The notes below the pieces were generated by a model. It ran no database searches. It was given only the letters and a program-made list of their open reading frames with translations, and was not told the origin of the DNA. The position numbers and the translations under genes were made by a program. A stretch of DNA of 64,000 nucleotides from the human T2T-CHM13v2.0 reference genome, Homo sapiens: the NCBI RefSeq assembly GCF_009914755.1, contig NC_060948.1; one strand, written 5' to 3'. Positions 1-20,380 of the stretch are shown piece after piece. Numbering within the stretch: the first letter of the stretch is position 1; every line of letters starts with the position of its first letter.

Positions 1-1029
<1,029 letters not shown>

Positions 1030-1600
1030 AGATCCATATTTTTTAAATGAAAAAAAATTTCAAAGGTACTCTGCTTGGTACAATAATCAAATGTATAAAC
1101 TGAGGAATAAAACATAACCATGAAACCTACTTATAACTGCATATGGAAAATACAGAGGATAATTTTTTAAATAACATATTTTGAAAGCCTTAACTAGTAA
1201 TTTGAAGAGTTGGCATTTGAAAGGCCAGTATGAATATACCTTCAAAGCAGCAACACAGGTTCCCCATGAGAAAAAGCAAACACAGGGAAAATAAAAACAC
1301 AAAGGTTCAATCTCTTCTGACCTTTGAAAGACACAGCACAGACAGTGGTCCTTAGGACGAAGAGCAGGAGACCCCTAATTCCGTCACCATGGCGATAGGG
1401 CATAAACATTGCTGGGTGAGGGCACAATCCACATTGTGAGGTCCAACTGCTGCCAGGAAGACAGGAGTGCTTTTACATAGACCGAAAGGTCATTGAAGGC
1501 TCAGAGTTTTGTTTCAAGAACTGAATCCCAAGCCCACACGTTATTAGGCTGCGATTCTTAAAACAAGTTATGAGATGGGAAAAAGGGCACCCACAAACAT
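1030..1600. repeat. HSATI-type non-repetitive ~570 bp subunit (representative copy; one follows every Alu)
   Basis: Moderate-GC, internally non-periodic segment between the Alu 5' end and the AT-rich domain, conserved in all units. The HSATI name comes from the known DYZ2 unit structure, not from an alignment. Confidence 0.75.
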
Positions 1601-3157
1601 ACGTATACATTATGTATATAATAATATACAGTATCATATATATAATATATATAACCTATGTATAATATTGTTTTACATCCTGCATCTTATGTTATATATA
1701 TTGTATAAAATATAGTAATTGATAATATATAAGTTTTATAATTATACAATATGACATATAGTATATATTATAATTTATGACATATATAATATATGTTATA
1801 TATCATATATAGAATATATTATAAGGTTAATATACGTATTAAATATAAATTATACATTATATATATTATATATAATATATCTGTTATATATAATACCCAT
1901 TATGCATAATATATATATTATGTCTATGTTATATATAGTATAAAACAACATATAATAATATATAATTGTATATATAAAATGCGACATATAATATATATTA
2001 TATTTTATAACATATGTAATATATATTATATATTATATATAATACGTTGTATGTATAATACCTATATTAAATATATATTATATGACTATGTTATTAATTA
2101 CATGTCACATGTGTTATATATTATATATTTTACATAGAATATACCGGTTACATACAATATATACTAAGTTACCTATAATGTATAATTTATTACATGTAAA
2201 ATAAAGAATGCAATATATTATGTATAATTTATAATATACAATATGTGGAATGTGATATATATAACATATAATATATGATATATGATATACAGTATATGAT
2301 ATATAACATACAATATATGATTCCTAATATATATGGTATACAATATATATTTTATGATATGTATTCTATATGTTTTTTATTCTGTTATGTATAACTATTT
2401 GAAATTATATATAACTGTATAATATTTTATGTAAATATGTAATATAATATATATAACTATATAATATATTATATATAACTATATATTATGTTATATATAC
2501 TTTTATAACATAATTTACATAAAATATCATAATATAATATATATTATATTATTTCATATTACATAATATATATTACATATCACCCAATATAACTAACATA
2601 CATAATATTATAATATAGATTATATTGTGTTATATTAAATATCATATATATCATGTATCATATATTCTATAATATATATTACACATTATATAATATGTAT
2701 GTTGTCTATTATGTGATATATATAACTCTATATATAATTATATTTTTATACAAATAACTAGATAAACATGTAATTCTACATATTTTCATTTATAATATGT
2801 AGAATTATATAATCATATATAATTATTTATATTCTATAAAAAATTTTATCATTATATAAATTATAATATATAAAAATTATAATATGTACTACAAATATAT
2901 ATATTATATATCATATATGATATAGTAACTTTGTTATATATCATAATACATATAAATGTGTATTATGTTATCTATAATTATATAATTTCATATATAAGAT
3001 GTATAATATGTATCATATATTATATATGTTATGTAATATATATAGTATATATAAGATGACACAGGATAAATATTATATACTATGACATATAAAATATATG
3101 AGGTTATATGTTACATATAAGGCATAGCACATAACATGTAATATATATCATATATAA
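1601..3157. repeat. AT-rich degenerate simple-sequence domain (~1.56 kb; representative full copy, one per unit)
   Basis: Very high A+T with alternating TA tracts and ATATATG-like submotifs (~2271-2320); copied almost base-for-base between units. Confidence 0.92.
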
Positions 3158-3449
3158 TTTTTTTTTAGACAGAATCTTGTCCTGTTGCACAGGGTGGGGT
3201 ACAATGGCGCCATCTTTGCTCTCTGCAACTTCTGCCTCACGGGTCCAAGCGATTGTCCTCCCTCAGCCTCCCAGGTAGCTGGGACTACACCACACTGGGA
3301 CTACACCTGCTGCCACCATGCCTAGCTAATTTTTTGGATTTTTAGTAGTGACAGCCTTTCACTGTATTGGCCAGGATGGTCTTGATCTCTTCACGTTGTG
3401 ATCCCCTTGCCTTGGCCTCCAAATTTGCTGGGATTACAGGCCTGAGCCA
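3158..3449 (-). mobile_element. Alu in satellite unit 2
   Basis: Copy of 738-1029. Confidence 0.95.
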
Positions 3450-5554
3450 AGATCCATATTTTTTAAATGAAAAAAAATTTCAAAGGTACTCTGCTTGGTA
3501 CAATAATCAAATGTATAAACTGAGGAATAAAACCTAACCATGAAACCTACTTATAACTGCATATGGAAAATACAGAGGATAATTTTTTAAATAACATATT
3601 TTGAAAGCCTTAACTAGTAATTTGAAGAGTTGGCATTTGAAAGGCCAGTATGAATATACCTTCAAAGCAGCAACACAGGTTCCCCATGAGAAAAAGCAAA
3701 CACAGGGAAAATAAAAACACAAAGGTTCAATCTCTTCTGACCTTTGAAAGACACAGCACAGACAGTGGTCCTTAGGACGAAGAGCAGGAGACCCCTAATT
3801 CCGTCACCATGGCGATAGGGCATAAACATTGCTGGGTGAGGGCACAATCCACATTGTGAGGTCCAACTGCTGCCAGGAAGACAGGAGTGCTTTTACATAG
3901 ACCGAAAGGTCATTGAAGGCTCAGAGTTTTGTTTCAAGAACTGAATCCCAAGCCCACACGTTATTAGGCTGCGCTTCTTAAAACAAGTTATGAGATGGGA
4001 AAAAGGGCACCCACAAACATACGTATACATTATGTATATAATAATATACAGTATCATATATATAATATATATAACCTATGTATAATATTGTTTTACATCC
4101 TGCATCTTATGTTATATATATTGTATAAAATATAGTAATTGATAATATATAAGTTTTATAATTATACAATATGACATATAGTATATATTATAATTTATGA
4201 CATATATAATATATGTTATATATCATATATAGAATATATTATACGGTTAATATACGTATTAAATATAAATTATACATTATATATATTATATATAATATAT
4301 CTGTTATATATAATACCCATTATGCATAATATATATATTATGTCTATGTTATATATAGTATAAAACAACATATAATAATATATAATTGTATATATAAAAT
4401 GCGACATATAATATATATTATATTTTATAACATATGTAATATATATTATATATTATATATAATACGTTGTATGTATAATACCTATATTAAATATATATTA
4501 TATGACTATGTTATTAATTACATGTCACATGTGTTATATATTATATATTTTACATAGAATATACCGGTTACATACAATATATACTAAGTTACCTATAATG
4601 TATAATTTATTACATGTAAAATAAAGAATGCAATATATTATGTATAATTTATAATATACAATATGTGGAATGTGATATATATAACATATAATATATGATA
4701 TATGATATACAGTATATGATATATAACATACAATATATGATTCCTAATATATATGGTATACAATATGTATTTTATGATATGTATTCTATATGTTTTATAT
4801 TCTGTTATATATAACTATTTGAAATTATATATAACTGTATAATATTTTATGTAAATATGTAATATAATATATATAACTATATAATATATTATATATAACT
4901 ATATATTATGTTATATATACTTTTATAACATAATTTACATAAAATATCATAATATAATATATATTATATTATTTCATATTACATAATATATATTACATAT
5001 CACCCAATATAACTAACATACATAATATTATAATATAGATTATATTGTGTTATATTAAATATCATATATATCATGTATCATATATTCTATAATATATATT
5101 ACACATTATATAATATGTATGTTGTCTATTATGTGATATATATAACTCTATATATAATTATATTTTTATACAAATAACTAGATAAACATGTAATTCTACA
5201 TATTTTCATTTATAATATGTAGAATTATATAATCATATATATTTATTTATATTCTATAAAAAATTTTATCATTATATAAATTATAATATATAAAAATTAT
5301 AATATGTACTACAAATATATATATTATATATCATATATGATATAGTAACTTTGTTATATATCATAATACATATAAATGTGTATTATGTTATCTATAATTA
5401 TATAATTTCATATATAAGATGTATAATATGTATCATATATTATATATGTTATGTAATATATATAGTATATATAAGATGACACAGGATAAATATTATATAC
5501 TATGACATATAAAATATATGAGGTTATATGTTACATATAAGGCATAGCACATAA

Positions 5555-5869
<315 letters not shown>

Positions 5870-7974
5870 AGATCCATATTTTTTAAATGAAAAAAAATTT
5901 CAAAGGTACTCTGCTTGGTACAATAATCAAATGTATAAACTGAGGAATAAAACATAACCATGAAACCTACTTATAACTGCATATGGAAAATACAGAGGAT
6001 AATTTTTTAAATAACATATTTTGAAAGCCTTAACTAGTAATTTGAAGAGTTGGCATTTGAAAGGCCAGTATGAATATACCTTCAAAGCAGCAACACAGGT
6101 TCCCCATGAGAAAAAGCAAACACAGGGAAAATAAAAACACAAAGGTTCAATCTCTTCTGACCTTTGAAAGACACAGCACAGACAGTGGTCCTTAGGACGA
6201 AGAGCAGGAGACCCCTAATTCCGTCACCATGGCGATAGGGCATAAACATTGCTGGGTGAGGGCACAATCCACATTGTGAGGTCCAACTGCTGCCAGGAAG
6301 ACAGGAGTGCTTTTACATAGACCGAAAGGTCATTGAAGGCTCAGAGTTTTGTTTCAAGAACTGAATCCCAAGCCCACACGTTATTAGGCTGCGCTTCTTA
6401 AAACAAGTTATGAGATGGGAAAAAGGGCACCCACAAACATACGTATACATTATGTATATAATAATATACAGTATCATATATATAATATATATAACCTATG
6501 TATAATATTGTTTTACATCCTGCATCTTATGTTATATATATTGTATAAAATATAATAATTGATAATATATAAGATTTATAATTATACAATATGACATATA
6601 GTATATATTATAATTTATGACATATATAATATATGTTATATATCATATATAGAATATATTATACGGTTAATATACGTATTAAATATAAATTATACATTAT
6701 ATATATTATATATAATATATCTGTTATATATAATACCCATTATGCATAATATATATATTATGTCTATGTTATATATAGTATAAAACAACATATAATAATA
6801 TATAATTGTATATATAAAATGCGACATATAATATATATTATATTTTATAACATATGTAATATATATTATATATTATATATAATACGTTGTATGTATAATA
6901 CCTATATTAAATATATATTATATGACTATGTTATTAATTACATGTCACATGTGTTATATATTATATATTTTACATAGAATATACCGGTTACATACAATAT
7001 ATACTAAGTTACCTATAATGTATAATTTATTACATGTAAAATAAAGAATGCAATATATTATGTATAATTTATAATATACAATATGTGGAATGTGATATAT
7101 ATAACATATAATATATGATATGTGATATACAGTATATGATATATAACATACAATATATGATTCCTAATATATATGGTATACAATATATATTTTATGATAT
7201 GTATTCTATATGTTTTATATTCTGTTATATATAACTATTTGAAATTATATATAACTGTATAATATTTTATGTAAATATGTAATATAATATATATAACTAT
7301 ATAATATATTATATATAACTATATATTATGTTATATATACTTTTATAACATAATTTACATAAAATATCATAATATAATATATATTATATTATTTCCTATT
7401 ACATAATATATATTACATATCACCCAATATAACTAACATACATAATATTATAATATAGATTATATTGTGTTATATTAAATATCATATATATCATGTATCA
7501 TATATTCTATAATATATATTACACATTATATAATATGTATGTTGTCTATTATGTGATATATATAACTCTATATATAATTATATTTTTATACAAATAACTA
7601 GATAAACATGTAATTCTACATATTTTCATTTATAATATGTAGAATTATATAATCATATATATTTATTTATATTCTATAAAAAATTTTATCATTATATAAA
7701 TTATAATATATAAAAATTATAATATGTACTACAAATATATATATTATATATCATATATGATATAGTAACTTTGTTATATATCATAATACATATAAATGTG
7801 TATTATGTTATCTATAATTATATAATTTCATATATAAGATGTATAATATGTATCATATATTATATATGTTATGTAATATATATAGTATATATAAGATGAC
7901 ACAGGATAAATATTATATACTATGACATATAAAATATATGAGGTTATATGTTACATATAAGGCATAGCACATAA

Positions 7975-8289
<315 letters not shown>

Positions 8290-10394
8290 AGATCCATATT
8301 TTTTAAATGAAAAAAAATTTCAAAGGTACTCTGCTTGGTACAATAATCAAATGTATAAACTGAGGAATAAAACATAACCATGAAACCTACTTATAACTGC
8401 ATATGGAAAATACAGAGGATAATTTTTTAAATAACATATTTTGAAAGCCTTAACTAGTAATTTGAAGAGTTGGCATTTGAAAGGCCAGTATGAATATACC
8501 TTCAAAGCAGCAACACAGGTTCCCCATGAGAAAAAGCAAACACAGGGAAAATAAAAACACAAAGGTTCAATCTCTTCTGACCTTTGAAAGACACAGCACA
8601 GACAGTGGTCCTTAGGACGAAGAGCAGGAGACCCCTAATTCCGTCACCATGGCGATAGGGCATAAACATTGCTGGGTGAGGGCACAATCCACATTGTGAG
8701 GTCCAACTGCTGCCAGGAAGACAGGAGTGCTTTTACATAGACCGAAAGGTCATTGAAGGCTCAGAGTTTTGTTTCAAGAACTGAATCCCAAGCCCACACG
8801 TTATTAGGCTGCGCTTCTTAAAACAAGTTATGAGATGGGAAAAAGGGCACCCACAAACATACGTATACATTATGTATATAATAATATACAGTATCATATA
8901 TATAATATATATAACCTATGTATAATATTGTTTTACATCCTGCATCTTATGTTATATATATTGTATAAAATATAATAATTGATAATATATAAGATTTATA
9001 ATTATACAATATGACATATAGTATATATTATAATTTATGACATATATAATATATGTTATATATCATATATAGAATATATTATACGGTTAATATACGTATT
9101 AAATATAAATTATACATTATATATATTATATATAATATATCTGTTATATATAATACCCATTATGCATAATATATATATTATGTCTATGTTATATATAGTA
9201 TAAAACAACATATAATAATATATAATTGTATATATAAAATGCGACATATAATATATATTATATTTTATAACATATGTAATATATATTATATATTATATAT
9301 AATACGTTGTATGTATAATACCTATATTAAATATATATTATATGACTATGTTATTAATTACATGTCACATGTGTTATATATTATATATTTTACATAGAAT
9401 ATACCGGTTACATACAATATATACTAAGTTACCTATAATGTATAATTTATTACATGTAAAATAAAGAATGCAATATATTATGTATAATTTATAATATACA
9501 ATATGTGGAATGTGATATATATAACATATAATATATGATATATGATATACAGTATATGATATATAACATACAATATATGATTCCTAATATATATGGTATA
9601 CAATATATATTTTATGATATGTATTCTATATGTTTTATATTCTGTTATATATAACTATTTGAAATTATATATAACTGTATAATATTTTATGTAAATATGT
9701 AATATAATATATATAACTATATAATATATTATATATAACTATATATTATGTTATATATACTTTTATAACATAATTTACATAAAATATCATAATATAATAT
9801 ATATTATATTATTTCATATTACATAATATATATTACATATCACCCAATATAACTAACATACATAATATTATAATATAGATTATATTGTGTTATATTAAAT
9901 ATCATATATATCATGTATCATATATTCTATAATATATATTACACATTATATAATATGTATGTTGTCTATTATGTGATATATATAACTCTATATATAATTA
10001 TATTTTTATACATATAACTAGATAAACATGTAATTCTACATATTTTCATTTATAATATGTAGAATTATATAATCATATATAATTATTTATATTCTATAAA
10101 AAATTTTATCATTATATAAATTATAATATATAAAAATTATAATATGTACTACAAATATATATATTATATATCATATATGATATAGTACCTTTGTTATATA
10201 TCATAATGCATATAAATGTGTATTATGTTATCTATAATTATATAATTTCATATATAAGATGTATAATATGTATCATATATTATATATGTTATGTAATATA
10301 TACAGTATATATAAGATGACACAGGATAAATATTATATACTATGACATATAAAATATATGAGGTTATATGTTACATATAAGGCATAGCACATAA

Positions 10395-10709
<315 letters not shown>

Positions 10710-12814
10710 AGATCCATATTTTTTAAATGAAAAAAAATTTCAAAGGTACTCTGCTTGGTACAATAATCAAATGTATAAACTGAGGAATAAAACATAACCA
10801 TGAAACCTACTTATAACTGCATATGGAAAATACAGAGGATAATTTTTTAAATAACATATTTTGAAAGCCTTAACTAGTAATTTGAAGAGCTGGCATTTGA
10901 AAGGCCAGTATGAATATACCTTCAAAGCAGCAACACAGGTTCCCCATGAGAAAAAGCAAACACAGGGAAAATAAAAACACAAAGGTTCAATCTCTTCTGA
11001 CCTTTGAAAGACACAGCACAGACAGTGGTCCTTAGGACGAAGAGCAGGAGACCCCTAATTCCGTCACCATGGCGATAGGGCATAAACATTGCTGGGTGAG
11101 GGCACAATCCACATTGTGAGGTCCAACTGCTGCCAGGAAGACAGGAGTGCTTTTACATAGACCGAAAGGTCATTGAAGGCTCAGAGTTTTGTTTCAAGAA
11201 CTGAATCCCAAGCCCACACGTTATTAGGCTGCGCTTCTTTAAACAAGTTATGAGATGGGAAAAAGGGCACCCACAAACATACGTATACATTATGTATATA
11301 ATAATATACAGTATCATATATATAATATATATAACCTATGTATAATATTGTTTTACATCCTGCATCTTATGTTATATATATTGTATAAAATATAATAATT
11401 GATAATATATAAGTTTTATAATTATACAATATGACATATAGTATATATTATAATTTATGACATATATAATATATGTTATATATCATATATAGAATATATT
11501 ATACGGTTAATATACGTATTAAATATAAATTATACATTATATATATTATATATAATATATCTGTTATATATAATACCCATTATGCATAATATATATATTA
11601 TGTCTATGTTATATATAGTATAAAACAACATATAATAATATATAATTGTATATATAAAATGCGACATATAATATATATTATATTTTATGACATATGTAAT
11701 ATATATTATATATTATATATAATACGTTGTATGTATAATACCTATATTAAATATATATTATATGACTATGTTATTAATTACATGTCACATGTGTTATATA
11801 TTATATATTTTACATAGAATATACCGGTTACATACAATATATACTAAGTTACCTATAATGTATAATTTATTACATGTAAAATAAAGAATGCAATATATTA
11901 TGTATAATTTATAATATACAATATGTGGAATGTGATATATATAACATATAATATATGATATATGATATACAGTATATGATATATAACATACAATATATGA
12001 TTCCTAATATATATGGTATACAATATGTATTTTATGATATGTATTCTATATGTTTTATATTCTGTTATATATAACTATTTGAAATTATATATAACTGTAT
12101 AATATTTTATGTAAATATGTAATATAATATATATAACTATATAATATATTATATATAACTATATATTATGTTATATATACTTTTATAACATAATTTACAT
12201 AAAATATCATAATATAATATATATTATATTATTTCCTATTACATAATATATATTACATATCACCCAATATAACTAACATACATAATATTATAATATAGAT
12301 TATATTGTGTTATATTAAATATCATATATATCATGTATCATATATTCTATAATATATATTACACATTATATAATATGTATGTTGTCTATTATGTGATATA
12401 TATAACTCTATATATAATTATATTTTTATACAAATAACTAGATAAACATGTAATTCTACATATTTTCATTTATAATATGTAGAATTATATAATCATATAT
12501 ATTTATTTATATTCTATAAAAAATTTTATCATTATATAAATTATAATATATAAAAATTATAATATGTACTACAAATATATATATTATATATCATATATGA
12601 TATAGTAACTTTGTTATATATCATAATACATATAAATGTGTATTATGTTATCTATAATTATATAATTTCATATATAAGATGTATAATATGTATCATATAT
12701 TATATATGTTATGTAATATATATAGTATATATAAGATGACACAGGATAAATATTATATACTATGACATATAAAATATATGAGGTTATATGTTACATATAA
12801 GGCATAGCACATAA

Positions 12815-13129
<315 letters not shown>

Positions 13130-15234
13130 AGATCCATATTTTTTAAATGAAAAAAAATTTCAAAGGTACTCTGCTTGGTACAATAATCAAATGTATAAAC
13201 TGAGGAATAAAACATAACCATGAAACCTACTTATAACTGCATATGGAAAATACAGAGGATAATTTTTTAAATAACATATTTTGAAAGCCTTAACTAGTAA
13301 TTTGAAGAGTTGGCATTTGAAAGGCCAGTATGAATATACCTTCAAAGCAGCAACACAGGTTCCCCATGAGAAAAAGCAAACACAGGGAAAATAAAAACAC
13401 AAAGGTTCAATCTCTTCTGACCTTTGAAAGACACAGCACAGACAGTGGTCCTTAGGACGAAGAGCAGGAGACCCCTAATTCCGTCACCATGGCGATAGGG
13501 CATAAACATTGCTGGGTGAGGGCACAATCCACATTGTGAGGTCCAACTGCTGCCAGGAAGACAGGAGTGCTTTTACATAGACCGAAAGGTCATTGAAGGC
13601 TCAGAGTTTTGTTTCAAGAACTGAATCCCAAGCCCACACGTTATTAGGCTGCGCTTCTTAAAACAAGTTATGAGATGGGAAAAAGGGCACCCACAAACAT
13701 ACGTATACATTATGTATATAATAATATACAGTATCATATATATAATATATATAACCTATGTATAATATTGTTTTACATCCTGCATCTTATGTTATATATA
13801 TTGTATAAAATATAATAATTGATAATATATAAGATTTATAATTATACAATATGACATATAGTATATATTATAATTTATGACATATATAATATATGTTATA
13901 TATCATATATAGAATATATTATACGGTTAATATACGTATTAAATATAAATTATACATTATATATATTATATATAATATATCTGTTATATATAATACCCAT
14001 TATGCATAATATATATATTATGTCTATGTTATATATAGTATAAAACAACATATAATAATATATAATTGTATATATAAAATGCGACATATAATATATATTA
14101 TATTTTATAACATATGTAATATATATTATATATTATATATAATACGTTGTATGTATAATACCTATATTAAATATATATTATATGACTATGTTATTAATTA
14201 CATGTCACATGTGTTATATATTATATATTTTACATAGAATATACCGGTTACATACAATATATACTAAGTTACCTATAATGTATAATTTATTACATGTAAA
14301 ATAAAGAATGCAATATATTATGTATAATTTATAATATACAATATGTGGAATGTGATATATATAACATATAATATATGATATATGATATACAGTATATGAT
14401 ATATAACATACAATATATGATTCCTAATATATATGGTATACAATATATATTTTATGATATGTATTCTATATGTTTTATATTCTGTTATATATAACTATTT
14501 GAAATTATATATAACTGTATAATATTTTATGTAAATATGTAATATAATATATATAACTATATAATATATTATATATAACTATATATTATGTTATATATAC
14601 TTTTATAACATAATTTACATAAAATATCATAATATAATATATATTATATTATTTCATATTACATAATATATATTACATATCACCCAATATAACTAACATA
14701 CATAATATTATAATATAGATTATATTGTGTTATATTAAATATCATATATATCATGTATCATATATTCTATAATATATATTACACATTATATAATATGTAT
14801 GTTGTCTATTATGTGATATATATAACTCTATATATAATTATATTTTTATACATATAACTAGATAAACATGTAATTCTACATATTTTCATTTATAATATGT
14901 AGAATTATATAATCATATATAATTATTTATATTCTATAAAAAATTTTATCATTATATAAATTATAATATATAAAAATTATAATATGTACTACAAATATAT
15001 ATATTATATATCATATATGATATAGTACCTTTGTTATATATCATAATGCATATAAATGTGTATTATGTTATCTATAATTATATAATTTCATATATAAGAT
15101 GTATAATATGTATCATATATTATATATGTTATGTAATATATACAGTATATATAAGATGACACAGGATAAATATTATATACTATGACATATAAAATATATG
15201 AGGTTATATGTTACATATAAGGCATAGCACATAA

Positions 15235-15549
<315 letters not shown>

Positions 15550-17645
15550 AGATCCATATTTTTTAAATGAAAAAAAATTTCAAAGGTACTCTGCTTGGTA
15601 CAATAATCAAATGTATAAACTGAGGAATAAAACATAACCATGAAACCTACTTATAACTGCATATGGAAAATACAGAGGATAATTTTTTAAATAACATATT
15701 TTGAAAGCCTTAACTAGTAATTTGAAGAGCTGGCATTTGAAAGGCCAGTATGAATATACCTTCAAAGCAGCAACACAGGTTCCCCATGAGAAAAAGCAAA
15801 CACAGGGGAAATAAAAACACAAAGGTTCAATCTCTTCTGACCTTTGAAAGACACAGCACAGACAGTGGTCCTTAGGACGAAGAGCAGGAGACCCCTAATT
15901 CCGTCACCATGGCGATAGGGCATAAACATTGCTGGGTGAGGGCACAATCCACATTGTGAGGTCCAACTGCTGCCAGGAAGACAGGAGTGCTTTTACATAG
16001 ACCGAAAGGTCATTGAAGGCTCAGAGTTTTGTTTCAAGAACTGAATCCCAAGCCCACACGTTATTAGGCTGCGCTTCTTTAAACAAGTTATGAGATGGGA
16101 AAAAGGGCACCCACAAACATACGTATACATTATGTATATAATAATATACAGTATCATATATATAATATATATAACCTATGTATAATATTGTTTTACATCC
16201 TGCATCTTATGTTATATATATTGTATAAAATATAATAATTGATAATATATAAGTTTTATAATTATACAATATGACATATAGTATATATTATAATTTATGA
16301 CATATATAATATATGTTATATATCATATATAGAATATATTATACGGTTAATATACGTATTAAATATAAATTATACATTATATATATTATATATAATATAT
16401 CTGTTATATATAATACCCATTATGCATAATATATATATTATGTCTATGTTATATATAGTATAAAACAACATATAATAATATATAATTGTATATATAAAAT
16501 GCGACATATAATATATATTATATTTTATAACATATGTAATATATATTATATATAATACGTTGTATGTATAATACCTATATTAAATATATATTATATGACT
16601 ATGTTATTAATTACATGTCACATGTGTTATATATTATATATTTTACATAGAATATACCGGTTACATACAATATATACTATGTTACCTATAATGTATAATT
16701 GATTACATGTAAAATAAAGAATGCAATATATTATGTAAAATTTATAACATACAATATGTGGAATGTGATATATATAACATATAATATATGATATATGATA
16801 TACAGTATATGATATATAACATACAATATATGATTCCTAATATATATGGTATACAATATATATTTTATGATATGTATTCTATATGTTTTATATTCTGTTA
16901 TATATAACTATTTGAAATTACATATAACTGTATAATATTTTATGTAAATATGTAATATAATATATATAACTATATAATATATTATATATAACTATATATT
17001 ATGTTATATATACTTTTATAACATAATTTACATAAAATATCATAATATAATATATATTATATTATTTCCTATTACATAATATATATTACATATCACCCAA
17101 TATAACTAACATACATAATATTATAATATAGATTATATTATGTTATATTAAATATCATATATATCATGTATCATATATTCTATAATATATATTACACATT
17201 ATATAATATGTATGTTGTCTATTATGTGATATATATAACTATATATAATTATATATTTATACATATAACTAGATAAACATGTAATTCTACATATTTTCAT
17301 TTATAATATGTAGAATTCTATAATCATATATAATTATTTATATTCTATAAAAAATTTTATCATTATATAAATTATAATATATAAAAATTATAATATGTAC
17401 TACAAATATATATATTATATATCATATATGATATAGTACCTTTGTTATATATCATAATACATATAAATGTGTATTATGTTATCTATAATTTTATAATTTC
17501 ATATATAAGATGTATAATATGTATCATATATTATATATGTTATGTAATATATACAGTATATATAAGATGACACAGGATAAATATTATATACTATGACATA
17601 TAAAATATATGAGGTTATATGTTACATATAAGGCATAGCACATAA

Positions 17646-17960
<315 letters not shown>

Positions 17961-20065
17961 AGATCCATATTTTTTAAATGAAAAAAAATTTCAAAGGTAC
18001 TCTGCTTGGTACAATAATCAAATGTATAAACTGAGGAATAAAACATAACCATGAAACCTACTTATAACTGCATATGGAAAATACAGAGGATAATTTTTTA
18101 AATAACATATTTTGAAAGCCTTAACTAGTAATTTGAAGAGTTGGCATTTGAAAGGCCAGTATGAATATACCTTCAAAGCAGCAACACAGGTTCCCCATGA
18201 GATAAAGCAAACACAGGGGAAATAAAAACACAAAGGTTCAATCTCTTCTGACCTTTGAAAGACACAGCACAGACAGTGGTCCTTAGGACGAAGAGCAGGA
18301 GACCCCTAATTCCGTCACCATGGCGATAGGGCATAAACATTGCTGGGTGAGGGCACAATCCACATTGTGAGGTCCAACTGCTGCCAGGAAGACAGGAGTG
18401 CTTTTACATAGACCGAAAGGTCATTGAAGGCTCAGAGTTTTGTTTCAAGAACTGAATCCCAAGCCCACACGTTATTAGGCTGCGCTTCTTAAAACAAGTT
18501 ATGAGATGGGAAAAAGGGCACCCACAAACATACGTATACATTATGTATATAATAATATACAGTATCATATATATAATATATATAACCTATGTATAATATT
18601 GTTTTACATCCTGCATCTTATGTTATATATATTGTATAAAATATAATAATTGATAATATATAAGATTTATAATTATACAATATGACATATAGTATATATT
18701 ATAATTTATGACATATATAATATATGTTATATATCATATATAGAATATATTATACGGTTAATATACGTATTAAATATAAATTATACATTATATATATTAT
18801 ATATAATATATCTGTTATATATAATACCCATTATGCATAATATATATATTATGTCTATGTTATATATAGTATAAAACAACATATAATAATATATAATTGT
18901 ATATATAAAATGCGACATATAATATATATTATATTTTATAACATATGTAATATATATTATATATTATATATAATACGTTGTATGTATAATACCTATATTA
19001 AATATATATTATATGACTATGTTATTAATTACATGTCACATGTGTTATATATTATATATTTTACATAGAATATACCGGTTACATACAATATATACTAAGT
19101 TACCTATAATGTATAATTTATTACATGTAAAATAAAGAATGCAATATATTATGTATAATTTATAATATACAATATGTGGAATGTGATATATATAACATAT
19201 AATATATGATATATGATATACAGTATATGATATATAACATACAATATATGATTCCTAATATATATGGTATACAATATATATTTTATGATATGTATTCTAT
19301 ATGTTTTATATTCTGTTATATATAACTATTTGAAATTATATATAACTGTATAATATTTTATGTAAATATGTATTATAATATATATAACTATATAATATAT
19401 TATATATAACTATATATTATGTTATATATACTTTTATAACATAATTTACATAAAATATCATAATATAATATATATTATATTATTTCATATTACATAATAT
19501 ATATTACATATCACCCAATATAACTAACATACATAATATTATAATATAGATTATATTGTGTTATATTAAACATCATATATATCATGTATCATATATTCTA
19601 TAATATCTATTACACATTATATAATATGTATGTTGTCTATTATGTGATATATATAACTCTATATATAATTATATTTTTATACATATAACTAGATAAACAT
19701 GTAATTCTACATATTTTCATTTATAATATGTAGAATTCTATAATCATATATAATTATTTATATTCTATAGAAAATTTTATCATTATATAAATTATAATAT
19801 ATAAAAATTATAATATGTACTACAAATATATATATTATATATCATATATGATATAGTACCTTTGTTATATATCATAATACATATAAATGTGTATTATGTT
19901 TTCTATAATTATATAATTTCATATATAAGATGTATAATATGTATCATATATTATATATGTTATGTAATATATACAGTATATATAAGATGACACAGGATAA
20001 ATATTATATACTATGACATATAAAATATATGAGGTTATATGTTACATATAAGGCATAGCACATAA

Positions 20066-20380
<315 letters not shown>

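Noticed and set aside
1100-1300. AATAAA hexamers and many TATA-like motifs
   Set aside because: Expected by chance in AT-rich DNA; no gene context
1087-1427. Recurrent 71-aa and 61-aa minus-strand ORFs in every unit
   Set aside because: Short, overlapping in different frames, no recognisable domain. Their conservation just reflects satellite identity; the 71-aa ORF is truncated in unit 2 and absent in units 14-20.
1423-1438. Hairpin CACAAT-CCAC-ATTGTG resembling a recombination signal heptamer
   Set aside because: A 6-bp stem is expected by chance, there is no properly spaced nonamer, and it is disrupted in units 15, 16 and 21-23
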